Positions 1 to 9,205 of a stretch of DNA of 37,387 nt are shown here, one piece after another; positions within the stretch are counted from its first letter, which is position 1, and each line of letters begins with the position of its first letter. Location of the stretch: the IMG/VR virus record IMGVR_UViG_2563366935_000005; one strand, 5' to 3'. A program made the position numbers and the translations under genes. The DNA comes from a virus (Duplodnaviria > Heunggongvirae > Uroviricota > Caudoviricetes). The notes under the pieces were generated by a model. That model was not told the origin of the DNA, made no database searches, and was given only the letters and a program-made list of their open reading frames with translations.

Positions 1-1053
1 TTACGGGGTAATGCCAACCGCTGCCGCCACTTTGTCGCCACTTGGCAGCGTTGCCAGAGGATTGAAACGGAGCGCCGTTTCCAGATGATCCGGTGCCAGA
101 TGTGCGTAACGCATAGTCATTTTTATATCGTGGTGTCCGAGAATTTTTTGTAAGGCCAGAATGTTTCCACCCGACATCATGAAGTGCGCCGCAAACGTAT
201 GGCGCAGAACGTGTGTGAGTTGACCGCGAGGGAGCACGATAGACGTTTTTTCCATCACGGATAAAAATTGAAAATAGCAGTCTGTGAAGAAATTGAACCC
301 ATCAAGCGCCATGATCTCTTCGTAAAGCTCTTTACTGATAGGGATGCTTCTGTTTTTCTTCCCCTTCGTTCTTACAAAGGTAATTCGGTATTTGGTCACC
401 TGTGAACGAGTAAGATTTACGGCTTCTCGCCAGCGTGCGCCTGTGCTTAAGCATATCTTAACTACCAGTGCCAGAATTGGGTCCTGACGTTTGCAATCAG
501 CCAGTAATTCAACAATCTGCTCATGGGTAAGCCATGCCATCTCTTTTTCTGCGATGGTGAATTTTCGCATGTTCTCCAGTGGGTTCGGATACGACCATTC
601 GCCCAGGCGGGATAGTTCGCTAAAAACACTACTTAGATAGCTTTGCTCCAGGTTAATGGTGACCGGGCTTGCTCCTTTCTTCCATTTCTCGCTGAAGTAG
701 ATCTCACCTGTCAGGCGTTTATCTCGATAGTGGGCAAACATTTTAGAGGTGAGATCAGTTGCAAGGGGATTGCCCAGAGCGTCAACCATCAGCAGCAATT
801 TGTCATAGACATGCTGCCCAGCAGTCAGTGATTTACCATGTAGTTTGAACCATAGCTCAACCACGTCTTTCAGTGTTCGACGATCCACTGATTCACCTAG
901 CCAGGGCTTTGCTTCGGTTTCTTCCATCGTGTGACGCTCAAAAGCCAGTGCTTCGCCTTTGGTGGCGAATTGTTTACGCACACGACGCCCACTACGTCCG
1001 GCGGGGTAACATTCGCAAAGCCATTTTCCTGTGGTGAGTTTTCGTACAGCCAT
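1..1053 (-). CDS. int: Tyrosine integrase (P2 Int-like), 350 aa
   Basis: Translation from ATG at 1051-1053 (MAVRKLTTGKWLCECYPAGRSGRRVRKQFATKGEALAFE...) resembles the P2 Int N-terminus; C-terminal HxxR...Y region (LRHTFAAHF...YAHL); GGAGG RBS 9 nt upstream; stop at 1-3. The ORF-track start at 1131 is probably an upstream over-extension. Confidence 0.9.
   Translation of the reverse strand: MAVRKLTTGKWLCECYPAGRSGRRVRKQFATKGEALAFERHTMEETEAKPWLGESVDRRTLKDVVELWFKLHGKSLTAGQHVYDKLLLMVDALGNPLATDLTSKMFAHYRDKRLTGEIYFSEKWKKGASPVTINLEQSYLSSVFSELSRLGEWSYPNPLENMRKFTIAEKEMAWLTHEQIVELLADCKRQDPILALVVKICLSTGARWREAVNLTRSQVTKYRITFVRTKGKKNRSIPISKELYEEIMALDGFNFFTDCYFQFLSVMEKTSIVLPRGQLTHVLRHTFAAHFMMSGGNILALQKILGHHDIKMTMRYAHLAPDHLETALRFNPLATLPSGDKVAAAVGITP
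21..41 (+). repeat. attL core candidate (ctgccgccactttgtcgccac), lying inside the 3' end of int
   Basis: 19/21 identity with 34535-34555; flanking sequence on both sides is unrelated; located where a P2-type attL core is expected, next to the int stop. Confidence 0.5.
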
Positions 1054-1241
1054 AAAAAATGCCCTCCAATAGAGAGCATTTTTACTGTATGTATAACCAG
1101 TGTCAATGTATGAAATCCTGCGACCATACATCTCACTGAAGCCATAATGAAGTAGGCTATTCTTTTTGCTATGTGATCATGTAACTTTTGCGGTTAACCT
1201 GTGGCTCATTTTTATTTTAGGCGCAGATATAAAAGCAAAAG

Positions 1242-1433
1242 TTATCGTGAGTTTTTAGTACAGATTTTTTTGGATTTACTAATAGTTCCATCATTGCAAA
1301 CGAATTTGCCATCAGAGGTACAGTGAGAAACACCTCCCTTTTTCCCTGAGCAGGGATAATTTCTAGCATAGGTAGCTAGTGGGTTTAATAACAAAGAACA
1401 TGACAAAACCACAAAAAATACCTTACCAAGCAT
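1242..1433 (-). CDS. Small exported cysteine-rich peptide (63 aa precursor), probable lysogeny-expressed moron
   Basis: Strong RBS (GGAGGA, 6-nt spacing) directly after the cI stop; hydrophobic N-terminus with an A-x-A-like cleavage motif (ATYA); four Cys in a ~39-aa mature part; AT-rich region between int and cI. Confidence 0.45.
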   Translation of the reverse strand: MLGKVFFVVLSCSLLLNPLATYARNYPCSGKKGGVSHCTSDGKFVCNDGTISKSKKICTKNSR

Positions 1434-1448
1434 AATTTCCTCCCGGTA

Positions 1449-2018
1449 CTATTTAACATACTTGACTGTTAAACTTATAATTTTACCAATTATTTCAATG
1501 TCTTCTATCTTACATTCGAAGGCTCTGTTTCCACCCTCGACGAAGATTCTTCCACCGGGTAAACGAGTAATGTCACGGATCGTTATTTCGCCATCAATAC
1601 TTATTACCCATTTACCATCACGTATATCATCAAATTCCTTATCACAAATAAATTCAGAATTATTATCTGTGATTACAAAAAGATTCTTGAATGCCGACGG
1701 TAGAAATTCTCTATCGAAAATATAAAAACCGTCTTCACACAAGGCCCCATCAGATAATACATATTTAGCAACTTCCATAGTATTTGTATTACCTGAAGTT
1801 TGCTTTGAACCATGCCCGGTTGTGAGCCAATTAAGCGAGGTGCCTGTTTCAAGGGCGCACTGGATTACCCATTCTGCTGGGAATGAGTCACGCATGTAGC
1901 GTGTGGCGAGTGTACTTTTAGAGATTCCTAAATGATCGCACAACGCCTGTCGAGTCTTGAATCCATAAGCTTCTACCATGCGCTCTATGGCGCCTCGTCC
2001 GCCTTTCTCCAAATTCAT
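1449..2018 (-). CDS. cI: CI-type immunity repressor (186 CI-like), 189 aa
   Basis: Size and position between int and the divergent early operon match 186 CI; N-terminal HTH-like segment (TRQALCDHLGISKSTLATRYMR); ATG at 2016-2018 with GGAG RBS; stop TAG at 1449-1451. Confidence 0.8.
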   Translation of the reverse strand: MNLEKGGRGAIERMVEAYGFKTRQALCDHLGISKSTLATRYMRDSFPAEWVIQCALETGTSLNWLTTGHGSKQTSGNTNTMEVAKYVLSDGALCEDGFYIFDREFLPSAFKNLFVITDNNSEFICDKEFDDIRDGKWVISIDGEITIRDITRLPGGRIFVEGGNRAFECKIEDIEIIGKIISLTVKYVK

Positions 2019-2042
2019 GGTCACTCCAAGTGAACTTTTATC

Positions 2043-2071
2043 TTGACGATTTCACTGTGCGATCGTATGTT
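2043..2071 (+). promoter_or_regulatory. Candidate rightward lytic promoter (-35 TTGACG, 17-bp spacer, -10 TATGTT), flanked by TCAC/GTGAAC repeats that may be repressor half-sites
   Basis: Hexamers read directly in the cI/apl divergent intergenic region; GTGAAC at 2030-2035 and GTTCAC at 2078-2083 form an inverted pair around it. Confidence 0.45.
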
Positions 2072-2143
2072 TATGGTGTTCACAAAATACAAACGATCCG
2101 TATTCGTCCTGATTAATCATCATTAAACGAGGAATGTTGCATC

Positions 2144-2365
2144 ATGAGACCTAACATTTCAATCACTCTTACCACGCCTCATGTGACTATTGAACGCTAT
2201 AGCGAGCTGACAGGGCTATCCATCGATACCATCAATGATATGTTGGCTGATGGACGCCTTATCCGTCACCGTCTGCGCAAAGATAAAAAACGCGAAAAAG
2301 TGATGATCAACATAGCAGCAATGACCGTTGATGCGCTTTCAGAATGCAATCTAAACCTTAATTAG
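2144..2365 (+). CDS. Apl/Cox-like excisionase and transcriptional regulator, 73 aa
   Basis: First gene of the rightward early operon opposite cI; small basic protein with an HTH-like segment ([20 protein letters not shown]); RBS GAGGA upstream of the ATG. Confidence 0.55.
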   Translation: MRPNISITLTTPHVTIERYSELTGLSIDTINDMLADGRLIRHRLRKDKKREKVMINIAAMTVDALSECNLNLN

Positions 2366-2397
2366 TTCGATTCTGAAATACATCAGAGGCATTGACC

Positions 2398-2907
2398 ATG
2401 TTTGATTACCAAGTTTCCAAACATCCACATTTTGATGAAGCCTGTCGTGCATTTGCACTGCGCCACAATCTGGTGCAACTGGCAGAACGTGCAGGCATGA
2501 ATGTGCAGATTCTGCGGAACAAGCTGAACCCAGCTCAGCCTCATTTATTAACCGCACCAGAAATCTGGCTGCTTACCGATCTGACTGAAGATTCAACGCT
2601 GGTAGATGGTTTTCTGGCACAGATTCATTGTCTGCCATGTGTACCGATTAATGAGGTGGCAAAAGAGAAACTGCCACATTACGTCATGAGTGCAACCGCA
2701 GAGATCGGGCGTGTTGCTGCAGGTGCGGTGTCTGGCGATGTAAAAACCTGTGCCGGTCGTCGTGATGCTATCAGCAGCATTAACTCTGTAACACGACTGA
2801 TGGCGCTGGCGGCTGTTTCATTGCAGGCCCGTTTACAGGCTAATCCTGCGATGGCGAGTGCAGTTGATACCGTGACTGGCCTCGGTGCTTCATTTGGTTT
2901 GCTGTGA
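2398..2907 (+). CDS. CII-like transcriptional activator (186 CII-like), 169 aa
   Basis: Position after apl and length (169 aa from ATG 2398) match 186 CII; HTH-like region near the N-terminus; AGAGG RBS 8 nt upstream. The ORF-track start at 2392 is TTG. Confidence 0.55.
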   Translation: MFDYQVSKHPHFDEACRAFALRHNLVQLAERAGMNVQILRNKLNPAQPHLLTAPEIWLLTDLTEDSTLVDGFLAQIHCLPCVPINEVAKEKLPHYVMSATAEIGRVAAGAVSGDVKTCAGRRDAISSINSVTRLMALAAVSLQARLQANPAMASAVDTVTGLGASFGLL

Positions 2908-2914
2908 GGTGCTT

Positions 2915-3115
2915 ATGCTGACGAAAGAACCATCATTTGCATCGCTGTTGGTTAAACAAAGCCCGGCAATGCATTACGGTCACGGCTGGATCATGGGGGA
3001 GGATGGTAAACGCTGGCATCCGTGCCGTTCACAAGATGAATTGCTGGCAGAACTATCTACGAAAAAACGGGGGAACAAATGGCTATTGAAGGCACTGCAG
3101 CAACTGTTCCATTAA
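2915..3115 (+). CDS. Small early protein (66 aa), possibly Fil-like
   Basis: ATG at 2915 with GAGGTG RBS immediately after the cII stop; the functional name is only positional (186 has fil after cII). Confidence 0.35.
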   Translation: MLTKEPSFASLLVKQSPAMHYGHGWIMGEDGKRWHPCRSQDELLAELSTKKRGNKWLLKALQQLFH

Positions 3116-3420
3116 GCCCCGGTGAACGCCTGAATGGACTTAATCACATTGCGGAGTTAAGGGCGAAAGTTTTTGGCCTGAATATTGAGTCAGAGCTTGA
3201 GCGGTTTATTAAAGATATGCGTGATCCATGGGATATCAATAATGAACAAAATAAAAGGGCACTGGCTGCCATATTCTTTATGGCAAAAATTCCAGCTGAA
3301 CGTCATAGCATCAGCATTAATGAGCTGACCACTGACGAAAAGCGGGAGTTGATTAAAGCAATGAATCATTTTCGTGCAGTGGTGAGCTTATTTCCCAGAC
3401 GGCTAACCATGCCGAATTAA
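3079..3420 (+). CDS. Hypothetical early protein, 113 aa
   Basis: ORF with ATG at 3079 in the early operon; overlaps the preceding gene by 37 nt in another frame; no recognisable motif. Confidence 0.4.
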   Translation: MAIEGTAATVPLSPGERLNGLNHIAELRAKVFGLNIESELERFIKDMRDPWDINNEQNKRALAAIFFMAKIPAERHSISINELTTDEKRELIKAMNHFRAVVSLFPRRLTMPN

Positions 3421-3487
3421 CCAACTAATGAAATTAATGGCGTAAACCCGCCGGGCATCCCTTTATCTAAATTCAGGAGAATTGATT

Positions 3488-3721
3488 ATGCGTAATATTG
3501 AAACCCTCACGACTAAAACCGGACCGGATGACGCAGGGCTTAATATTTTACTGACAGAGGCTCGTCTGGAAGAACGCCGGGCAAGGGCTGAAGCAATGGC
3601 TGCTCGCCTTGATAGCCTGGCGTGTTATATCTCATCCCGCCAGCTAAACCACGTGGAAGCGGCAGAACTGCTGCGCGTGACTGCTGAAGCAATCCAGAAC
3701 GAAGCGCAGGAGATCCACTAA
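3488..3721 (+). CDS. Small early protein (77 aa), DUF2732-like
   Basis: ATG at 3488 with AGGAGA RBS; stop overlaps the next start (TAATG); Ala/Arg-rich helical protein typical of P2-like early regions. Confidence 0.4.
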   Translation: MRNIETLTTKTGPDDAGLNILLTEARLEERRARAEAMAARLDSLACYISSRQLNHVEAAELLRVTAEAIQNEAQEIH

Positions 3722-3948
3722 TGGCTGATGCAATGGATCTCGTACAGCAGCGCGTTGAAGAAGAACGCCAGCGCCATATCCGTGCAGCCCGTGCCAAATC
3801 ACCGGGCGTGTCACGCGTACTTTGCATTGAATGTGAAGCGCCAATTCCGCCAGCACGACGCCGCGCCATTCCGGGAGTGCAGCTTTGCATTACCTGTCAG
3901 GAAATCGCAGAACTGAAAGGCAAACATTACAACGGAGGTGCTGTATGA
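3721..3948 (+). CDS. TraR/DksA-family C4 zinc-finger protein, 75 aa
   Basis: CxxC-N17-CxxC motif (CIECEAPIPPARRRAIPGVQLCITC); translationally coupled to the neighbouring genes. Confidence 0.6.
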   Translation: MADAMDLVQQRVEEERQRHIRAARAKSPGVSRVLCIECEAPIPPARRRAIPGVQLCITCQEIAELKGKHYNGGAV

Positions 3949-4802
3949 GCACCATCCTGAAATGGGCGGGAAATAAAACCGCCATTATGCCAGAACTGAA
4001 AAAATACCTTCCTGCTGGCCCGCGACTGGTTGAACCTTTCGCGGGTTCCTGTGCTGTGATGATGGAAACGAATTATCCCAGCTATCTGGTTGCGGATATT
4101 AATCCTGATTTAATCAACCTCTATAAAAAGGTTGCCGCTGATTGTGAATCGTTTATATCTCGCGCCAGAGTTTTATTTGAGATCGCAAACAGGGAGGTGG
4201 CTTATTACAACATAAGGCAGGAGTTTAACTGCTCAACTGAAATTACTGATTTCATGAAAGCGGTATATTTCCTGTATCTCAATCGTCACGGTTACCGTGG
4301 TTTATGTCGCTATAACAAGAGCGGACATTTCAACATTCCCTACGGTAATTATAAAAATCCGTATTTCCCTGAAAAAGAACTTCGCACATTTGCAGAAAAA
4401 GCCCAGCGAGCAACGTTTATCTGCGCCAGCTTTGATGAAACGCTGACGATGTTGAAGGCGGGAGATGTGGTGTATTGCGATCCGCCATATGACGGTACGT
4501 TTTCCGGTTATCATACTGATGGTTTCACTGAAGATGACCAGTATCACCTGGCATCCGTTCTTGAACATCGGTCATCAGAAGGACATCCGGTCATTGTTTC
4601 TAACAGTGACACATCCCTGATCCGTTCGCTGTATCGCAATTTTACTCACCACTATATCAAGGTAAAACGCAGCATCGGTGTGGCAGCTGGCGAGGGTAAA
4701 TCAGCAACAGAAATCATTGCTGTTTCCGGGCCGCGCTGCTGGATGGGATTTGATTATTCGCGTGGCGTGGATAGTTCTGCCGTGTACGGAGTACGTGCAT
4801 GA
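3945..4802 (+). CDS. dam: DNA adenine methyltransferase (Dam-like N6-adenine MTase), 285 aa
   Basis: [12 protein letters not shown]-terminus, AdoMet motif PFAGSCAV and catalytic DPPY motif (VYCDPPYDG); ATGA overlaps with both neighbours. Confidence 0.85.
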   Translation: MSTILKWAGNKTAIMPELKKYLPAGPRLVEPFAGSCAVMMETNYPSYLVADINPDLINLYKKVAADCESFISRARVLFEIANREVAYYNIRQEFNCSTEITDFMKAVYFLYLNRHGYRGLCRYNKSGHFNIPYGNYKNPYFPEKELRTFAEKAQRATFICASFDETLTMLKAGDVVYCDPPYDGTFSGYHTDGFTEDDQYHLASVLEHRSSEGHPVIVSNSDTSLIRSLYRNFTHHYIKVKRSIGVAAGEGKSATEIIAVSGPRCWMGFDYSRGVDSSAVYGVRA

Positions 4803-7213
4803 GTCATGCCGATATGAACAACTGCTGCGGCTTTAACGAGGCTGCCGCAGCATTCTCATGGAACAGCCCGAAAAAGGCCATTAACCCTTATCTGGACCCG
4901 GCGGAAGTTGCGCCGGTTTCTACGCTTTCAAACCTGATCACTCTGTACGCTGCCGATAACGAGCAGGAACAGTTGCGCCGCGAGGCACTGAGTGATCAGG
5001 TCTGGGAGCGTTATTTCTTTAATGAATCACGTGATCCTGTCCAGCGCGAAATGGAGCAGGATAAGCTCATTAGCCGGGCAAAGCTGGCGCATGAGCAGCA
5101 GCGTTTTAATTCAGACATGGTCATTCTGGCGGACGTCAACGCCCAGCCTTCCCATATCAGCAAGCCGCTGATGCAACGTATTGAATACTTCAGCAGCCTG
5201 GGCAGGCCAAAGGCTTATTCCCGCTATTTACGTGAGACGATTAAGCCATGTCTGGAACGACTGGAGCATGTACGCGACAGTCAGCTATCTGCATCTTTTC
5301 GCTTTATGGCAAGCCATGAAGGGCTGGACGGCCTGCTGATCCTGCCTGAAATGAGTCAGGATCAGGTGAAACGCCTGTCCACCCTGGTAGCTGCGCATAT
5401 GAGTATGTGCCTTGATGCAGCTTGTGGTGATTTGTATGCCACCGATGACGTTAAGCCAGAAGAAATCCGCAAGACATGGGAAAAGGTGGCAGCGGAAACC
5501 CTGCGTCTGGATGTCATCCCACCTGCGTTTGAGCAACTCCGTCGGAAAAGAAACCGCCGTAAACCCGTGCCCTATGAACTCATTCCGGGTTCGCTGGCGC
5601 GTATGTTGTGCGCCGACTGGTGGTATCGGAAATTATGGAAGATGCGTTGCGAATGGCGGGAAGAGCAGTTGCGCGCTGTTTGCCTGGTCAGCAAAAAAGC
5701 ATCTCCTTATGTCAGCTATGAAGCCGTGATGCATAAACGTGAGCAGCGCCGTAAGTCGCTGGAGTTTTTCCGTTCTCATGAACTGGTGAACGAAGACGGC
5801 GACACGCTGGACATGGAGGATGTGGTAAACGCCAGCAGCAGCAACCCTGCGCATCGCCGCAATGAGATGATGGCCTGTGTTAAAGGTCTGGAGCTTATCG
5901 CGGAAATGCGCGGTGACTGCGCCGTTTTCTACACTATCACCTGTCCGTCGCGTTTCCATTCCACGCTAAATAACGGCAGACCAAACCCGACCTGGACAAA
6001 CGCGACGGTAAGACAAAGCAGCGATTATCTGGTCGGCATGTTTGCTGCATTTCGTAAGGCGATGCACAAAGCCGGGTTGCGCTGGTATGGCGTGCGGGTG
6101 GCTGAGCCGCATCATGATGGCACAGTTCACTGGCACCTGTTGTGTTTCATGCGCAAAAAAGACCGCCGTGCCATCACTGCATTACTGCGTAAGTTTGCCA
6201 TCCGTGAAGACCGCGAGGAGCTGGGCAATAACACTGGGCCGCGCTTTAAGTCTGAGTTGATTAACCCGCGCAAAGGAACGCCGACAAGCTACATCGCGAA
6301 ATATATCAGTAAGAACATTGACGGTCGTGGTCTGGCTGGCGAGATCAGCAAGGAAACGGGTAAATCTCTGCGTGATAACGCTGAATACGTGAATGCCTGG
6401 GCGTCTCTGCATCGTGTTCAGCAATTCCGCTTCTTTGGTATTCCGGGGCGTCAGGCTTACCGTGAACTTCGCTTGCTGGCTGGTCAGGCGGCAAGGCAAC
6501 AGGGTGACAAAAAAGCAGGTGCGCCGGTACTGGATAACCCGCGTCTTGATGCCATTCTGGCTGCTGCTGATGCTGGTTGTTTTGCCACCTACATCATGAA
6601 GCAGGGCGGCGTACTGGTTCCCCGTAAATATCACCTCATCAGAACCGCTTATGAAATCAACGAAGAGCCGACCGCCTATGGCGATCACGGCATTCGTATT
6701 TATGGCATCTGGTCACCCATTGCAGAGGGCAAGATCTGCACTCATGCAGTGAAGTGGAAAATGGTTCGTAAAGCCGTTGACGTTCAGGAGGCGGCAGCCG
6801 ACCAGGGCGCTTGCGCCCCTTGGACTCGTGGCAATAACTGTCCCCTTGCTGAAAATTTGTACCAACAAGGGAAAGACAAATCAGCTGATGGGGATACCAG
6901 AACGGATATCACCCGCATGGATGACAAGGAATTGCACGATTACCTGCACAGTATGAACAAAAAAGAGCGCCGGGAACTGGCTGCAAGGTTACGCCTGGTG
7001 AAACCGAAACGGCGTAGAGACTACAAACAGCGAATTACAGATCATCAGCGACAGCAGCTCGTCTATGAACTGAAGTCCAGAGGATTTGATGGCAGCGAGA
7101 AAGAGGTCGATTTACTCCTTCGCGGTGGCAGTATTCCGTCAGGAGCAGGCCTGCGTATCTTCTATCGGAACCAGCGTTTGCAGGAAGATGATAAGTGGCG
7201 GGATCTGTATTAA
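4799..7213 (+). CDS. A: Replication initiation protein A (rolling-circle nicking endonuclease, P2 gpA-like), 804 aa
   Basis: Large ORF at the end of the early operon; HUH-type motif [15 protein letters not shown] and [10 protein letters not shown] region; size similar to P2 A. Confidence 0.9.
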   Translation: MSHADMNNCCGFNEAAAAFSWNSPKKAINPYLDPAEVAPVSTLSNLITLYAADNEQEQLRREALSDQVWERYFFNESRDPVQREMEQDKLISRAKLAHEQQRFNSDMVILADVNAQPSHISKPLMQRIEYFSSLGRPKAYSRYLRETIKPCLERLEHVRDSQLSASFRFMASHEGLDGLLILPEMSQDQVKRLSTLVAAHMSMCLDAACGDLYATDDVKPEEIRKTWEKVAAETLRLDVIPPAFEQLRRKRNRRKPVPYELIPGSLARMLCADWWYRKLWKMRCEWREEQLRAVCLVSKKASPYVSYEAVMHKREQRRKSLEFFRSHELVNEDGDTLDMEDVVNASSSNPAHRRNEMMACVKGLELIAEMRGDCAVFYTITCPSRFHSTLNNGRPNPTWTNATVRQSSDYLVGMFAAFRKAMHKAGLRWYGVRVAEPHHDGTVHWHLLCFMRKKDRRAITALLRKFAIREDREELGNNTGPRFKSELINPRKGTPTSYIAKYISKNIDGRGLAGEISKETGKSLRDNAEYVNAWASLHRVQQFRFFGIPGRQAYRELRLLAGQAARQQGDKKAGAPVLDNPRLDAILAAADAGCFATYIMKQGGVLVPRKYHLIRTAYEINEEPTAYGDHGIRIYGIWSPIAEGKICTHAVKWKMVRKAVDVQEAAADQGACAPWTRGNNCPLAENLYQQGKDKSADGDTRTDITRMDDKELHDYLHSMNKKERRELAARLRLVKPKRRRDYKQRITDHQRQQLVYELKSRGFDGSEKEVDLLLRGGSIPSGAGLRIFYRNQRLQEDDKWRDLY

Positions 7214-7307
7214 TTACGCGGGTTAACAATTCGTGCTCTTAATAATACCAGGCATATCAGGCTGATGAACGTAAAAAAACGTTTTACATCAGTAAGATTA
7301 TTATATA

Positions 7308-7323
7308 CTGTAAATATAAACAG
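7308..7323 (+). promoter_or_regulatory. LexA (SOS) box CTGT-N8-ACAG (tactgtaaatataaacagtg)
   Basis: Perfect CTGT/ACAG arms with an AT-rich 8-bp spacer, 43 bp upstream of the 7366 ORF; matches the LexA consensus TACTGTATATATATACAGTA at most positions. Confidence 0.6.
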
Positions 7324-7365
7324 TGGTTATGTATACAGTATTGCTTTGGTGTCATAGGAGGAAAG

Positions 7366-7554
7366 ATGCAGGACTATTTTTTGGAGTCTTTGAAGCTCCA
7401 GCGCATTGATTTTTTTCTTAAGCTTGTAGCGGCTAGTGAGTGTAGTGATGAAGAGAAGGGGCTGGCCCTGCAGTGGGTTTCTGAACTGACAGATGAACTC
7501 ATGGCAAAAATCAGAACCCATGAATACAACCGCTCAATGGATGTCATCAGCTGA
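7366..7554 (+). CDS. Small SOS-operon protein (62 aa), candidate Tum-like antirepressor module
   Basis: ATG with AGGAGG RBS directly downstream of the LexA box; position corresponds to the 186 tum locus; no motif recognised, so function is inferred from context only. Confidence 0.4.
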   Translation: MQDYFLESLKLQRIDFFLKLVAASECSDEEKGLALQWVSELTDELMAKIRTHEYNRSMDVIS

Positions 7555-7564
7555 GGTGACTTTT

Positions 7565-7798
7565 ATGCGCATTGAAATAATGATCGATAAAGAGCAGAAG
7601 ATTAGCCAGTCTACACTGGACGCCCTTGAGTCCGAGCTTTACCGCAATCTGCGCCCCCTGTATCCCAAAACGGTAATTCGTATCCGCAAAGGTAGCTCTA
7701 ACGGTGTGGAACTGACCGGACTGCAACTGGACGAAGAAAGAAAACAAGTGATGAAAATTATGCAGAAGGTCTGGGAGGACGACAGCTGGTTACACTAG
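7565..7798 (+). CDS. DinI-like protein, 77 aa
   Basis: MRIEIMIDK...DALESELYRNL...VWEDDSWL resembles E. coli DinI (MRIEVTIAK...DALAGELSRRI...TWESADDWF); GAGGTGA RBS; second gene of the LexA-box operon. Confidence 0.7.
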   Translation: MRIEIMIDKEQKISQSTLDALESELYRNLRPLYPKTVIRIRKGSSNGVELTGLQLDEERKQVMKIMQKVWEDDSWLH

Positions 7799-7804
7799 CG
7801 AACG

Positions 7805-7839
7805 TTGCGGACGATAAAACTGGTTTTTATCGTCCGCAA
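7805..7839 (+). terminator. Perfect 15-bp-stem hairpin after the DinI-like gene (no U-tract)
   Basis: ttgcggacgataaaa / ttttatcgtccgcaa inverted repeat with a 5-nt loop, read directly; lacks a downstream T-run, so it may be a terminator or a protein-binding or processing site. Confidence 0.3.
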
Positions 7840-8004
7840 GGTTGAACAACGAGCCGCGTGAGGCGTTAGAAACGGGTAGTGAAAAGTGATTTAAGAATGC
7901 CTTGTTCCCCTGAAACTTTGGCCTATGCAACAACATTCGACAGCTTTCTTGATTATCATAAGTAACTTGAAGTTCAGGGACGATTCTGATGGTATACGTG
8001 AAAA

Positions 8005-9204
8005 ATGTATCGTGTGTTGCTTTGGCAAAAAGGAGTTTTAGTGGACAACGGCTCAATCACCTTCTTTGATATTACTGCTTGTGGGTTTTATCGTTTAAAG
8101 AATAAACCCGAAGAGCTTGATTATAAATTCGGCGATCTTATGGGGGTTTTGGACGATTTAGAAGGGTGGCTCAAGGATAAAAATTTTGAGCAGACTCTCC
8201 CATGGAATAAAGAAGAACAACCTCTGCGAACACGAGTTTACAGTCGAGGCCTTGTGAGGGACAGCCAGACTAAAGATGCAGTAATTGTTTTATACCGTGA
8301 AGTGGGGAACGGTAACGGAATACATGGTATTAAGGTCGGTTCAAAAGTAAGTGGTGATAGTAAAGGAACCATTAGGGCGGGAAGAGAACATGGTGAGGAT
8401 AAAATAATTTGGGGTGAACCCTGCTATTACTGGATTATTCCTGAGTTGAATAAAATAGCATCAATCAGATTCCCCCATTCTTTCGCTGATACTTATCTCT
8501 TCGCACAATACTTCATTCAGCATGTAAATAATAATAGTAAGTTAGGTAAAAGAACGAAATCTAAGCGTACATTTGAATCAGCTAAGACCCCTGGTCGTTG
8601 TGTGGATGTCTACAATACTAAGTTTCAATATAAAGATGGCAAAAATGAGATAAACTGTATCTTCAAGTTTGTATTGGAAGAAACAAAACTTAAAGCCGCT
8701 GAGGAAAACTTTGAAAGGTTAAGGCATAAAATTACACACACATTGATAAAGGATACAACGGTAATAAACCAAAATGACACAAGGCAACCATTGTTGAAGC
8801 TAACAAGTGTAGCTTTAGCATCTCTGGTGGGTGAAGAAAAGCGTAATAAGCTTATTGGGGCACCTCCTGTTTTGGAGCGGCCTCGTAAAATTGAAGTTAA
8901 AATTGACGGTGCACCATCATCGGATGAGCTTCGAAATCTCTTCTCAATGAGAGGTGAAGAGTCTGAATGGGATGTGGGTTTTTTACTGGCTGATCGTGCT
9001 AATCCGGTTTGGCTCAGTAGCTATGTAGCCAGGACTAAACTTCCTCTTCAAGATTCGGATGGGTTTGAGCATTATTCAGCGCGTTTTTTACTGGATGAAA
9101 TAAACAAAATTCGTGATGATTTGATTAGTGAAGTAAAATATGCTGAGGAAGCATCCATTAAAGAATCTGAAGCTGCATCCACAAAAAAGATAGCGGAAGG
9201 TTGA
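8005..9204 (+). CDS. Hypothetical soluble protein (399 aa), first gene of a two-gene cargo cassette; candidate defence or abortive-infection sensor
   Basis: AT-rich ORF unrelated to P2 core genes; an alternative GTG start at 8041 has a strong AAGGAG RBS; stop TGA overlaps the ATG of the downstream membrane protein. Confidence 0.6.
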   Translation: MYRVLLWQKGVLVDNGSITFFDITACGFYRLKNKPEELDYKFGDLMGVLDDLEGWLKDKNFEQTLPWNKEEQPLRTRVYSRGLVRDSQTKDAVIVLYREVGNGNGIHGIKVGSKVSGDSKGTIRAGREHGEDKIIWGEPCYYWIIPELNKIASIRFPHSFADTYLFAQYFIQHVNNNSKLGKRTKSKRTFESAKTPGRCVDVYNTKFQYKDGKNEINCIFKFVLEETKLKAAEENFERLRHKITHTLIKDTTVINQNDTRQPLLKLTSVALASLVGEEKRNKLIGAPPVLERPRKIEVKIDGAPSSDELRNLFSMRGEESEWDVGFLLADRANPVWLSSYVARTKLPLQDSDGFEHYSARFLLDEINKIRDDLISEVKYAEEASIKESEAASTKKIAEG

Positions 9205-9205
9205 T

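Noticed and set aside
2024-2143. A clear leftward (cI) promoter in the cI/apl intergenic region
   Set aside because: A face-to-face pL is expected from 186 biology, but no minus-strand -35/-10 pair with convincing spacing could be identified by eye; not called.
4302-4568. 88-aa antisense ORF inside dam, and small overlapping ORFs such as 3540-3890 and 3644-3856 on the minus strand of the early operon
   Set aside because: They are fully contained within better-supported plus-strand genes that are translationally coupled; no RBS or motif supports them.
7321-7338. Possible second LexA box (cagtggttatgtatacag)
   Set aside because: Only the ACAG arm is canonical; the left arm is CAGT, not CTGT, so it is at best a degenerate half-site.
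8005-9204. Nucleotidyltransferase/cyclase (CBASS or Pycsar-like) identity for the 399-aa protein
   Set aside because: The membrane-effector partner made this tempting, but I could not find a GS...DxD nucleotidyltransferase motif; the segment VGSKVSGDSKG does not fit. Left as unassigned.
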